Shown: in pieces, positions 62,076-64,000 of the stretch | Layout of the letters: every line of letters begins with the position of its first letter | Position numbering within the stretch: position 1 is the stretch's first letter | NCBI GenBank assembly: GCA_965153355.1 | Contig: OZ231126.1 | Span: 25,358,001-25,422,000 of the forward strand | Origin: Flaccisagitta enflata | Taxonomy: Eukaryota | DNA length: 64,000 nucleotides | Direction: 5' to 3' | Position numbers and translations under genes: made by a program | Notes under the pieces: model-generated | Database searches by the model: none | Told to the model about the DNA's origin: nothing | The model's input: only the letters and a program-made list of their open reading frames with translations

Positions 62076-62733
62076 CACTCGTTTATCATAGCTGCCATGG
62101 ATGAATAAATGATCTGACATGAAACAAGGCTGGCTTCATTGTACGCTAAATTTGCCGACGGCCCGAGGATTCTTTATTATGATGACTCTTTCATACTTAC
62201 TTACTAATTCGTTAATATTCTGATTTTTGCAAGGGTATTTTTGGTCGCGGACACACGACTCTTTACTATGATCGGTCGATCGGATATAAGGCCTTTTGGA
62301 CGGGGAATCAAATCAAATCAGGCCTCTTAGACCCCAAATCAAGCCTATCAGACCCAAATTCGGACCTCTAAGACCTCTTTGTAGGGATGGTGTTCGATGG
62401 TAATTGATGTAGGGGAAACATTTCAAAGGAGTGTTGGACTTTGGTCACGCTCGAGTCTGGTTGTTATTAGAATGAACTCCAACATTCTGAACTGAATATA
62501 ATGGGAGATTATTGGGGAAAGCCAATTGGAATCATGAGAGATTATGGTACAGATGATCGGTAAGAGGGAAAGCCAATTGATCAACCAAGAGCCGGATGAT
62601 TAGTTTCCTCACATAGAGATGCGTTGGACGCACCCACACAAATTAAATGCCTAAACAATGAAAACAAAATAAAATGAGGATTGGGTAATGGGGTGAAACC
62701 AGAACGAGACCATTGGACATCCAAACAACACGA

Positions 62734-62924
<191 letters not shown>

Positions 62925-63296
62925 TAGACGCAAAAGCGAAAGATGGTCAGTGTTAGTTATGGCCATCCTCAGAAAGGGAGTTTGACTGCTGGAGAATGCA
63001 AATGACGCTACCGAGAATTGGTAGCTTATGCAATAGAGAATTCTCTATTGCGTCAAAATAGAAAAGACTTCTCTCATAACTGAGAATTCCTCTCTCTCTC
63101 TCTCCTTTTTCTGCTCTGTCTCTTTCTTTCTTTCTTTTCTTCCTTTCTTTCTATCATTGTTTTTTCCTCTTTTTTTCTTTTTTCCTTCCCTCTTTCTTAC
63201 TTTCCTTTTTTCTTTCATTCATTCATTCTTTCTTTCTTTCTTTTTTTTCTTTTTTTCTTTCTTTCTTTCTTTCTTTCTCACTCACACACAATCACT

Positions 63297-63342
<46 letters not shown>

Positions 63343-64000
63343 TAAAAAATTACACAATTACACAAGTACACAAGTACAATTAATTAAAGCCCAGAATAAC
63401 AGATGTTAGGGAAGCAATAAGTTGGATGGGTGCACTATGTTCTGAAAGCGACTCAAAATAGGACAAAAATCATTTAAATGATTTATTGTATCATAATACT
63501 GTAAAAATACAAAATCAATATAAAAAATATAATTTTTTGTAAAACAAGTCATTTTGTGAGGAAAAAAACATCATTTTTATCAAAAAACATACTGAAAATC
63601 TTTCTTTCATAAAAAACTAGATATCTATCTGGAAGTAATGTGTGAGTGAAGTAATTTATTGATTTTTTATTGATGTTTTAAACATTTATAGCATTATAAA
63701 TATTATATTTTAGCATTTCTAGCATTTCTAACATTTTTAGCATTTTTTATATCACTATGTCTTTTATGACAAAATTCAAATTTATCATATATTCATAAAT
63801 CATATGTATATTTGTAGATCTAAAATTTCTTTCTTCAACTTATGATAAAATTTTTTGATATATTCAAAATAATTATTATGATATAATATCGAAAATGAAT
63901 TTTTCTTTTAATCATTTAATTCTTTATTTCTAAACCATACAGACCATAGTGCCAAAGTGAGTTCAATCAATAAAGAACTTAATGAGATAAGCCACATTTC

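Overview
Repeat-saturated eukaryotic (animal-like) genomic DNA: long microsatellites, many non-autonomous DNA transposons and very little intact coding sequence. No prokaryotic features, rRNA, tRNA or CRISPR were seen, and almost all ORF-track entries are microsatellite or repeat artefacts. The dominant structure is a three-level nest. A 100-bp minisatellite is split by a hAT-like MITE (4717-39521, 12-bp TIR, 8-bp TSD CTTATAGG). That MITE is split by a ~34.2-kb Foldback/Mutator-like element (5216-39372, 9-bp TSD AAATAATTT) whose multi-kb inverted arms are arrays of a 137-bp satellite. The loop of this giant element holds an unidentified coding-like region (33304-34170), decayed exon-like relics, many nested MITEs/HINEs, and a 3.75-kb direct duplication whose junctions show a hAT end and a hAT-type excision footprint. 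Outside it, a two-exon gene (45504-46232) encodes signal peptide + coiled coil + the first third of a kringle-like domain, and is cut off by a Helentron-like fragment. Superfamily names are inferred from TIR/TSD signatures only; no database search was possible.
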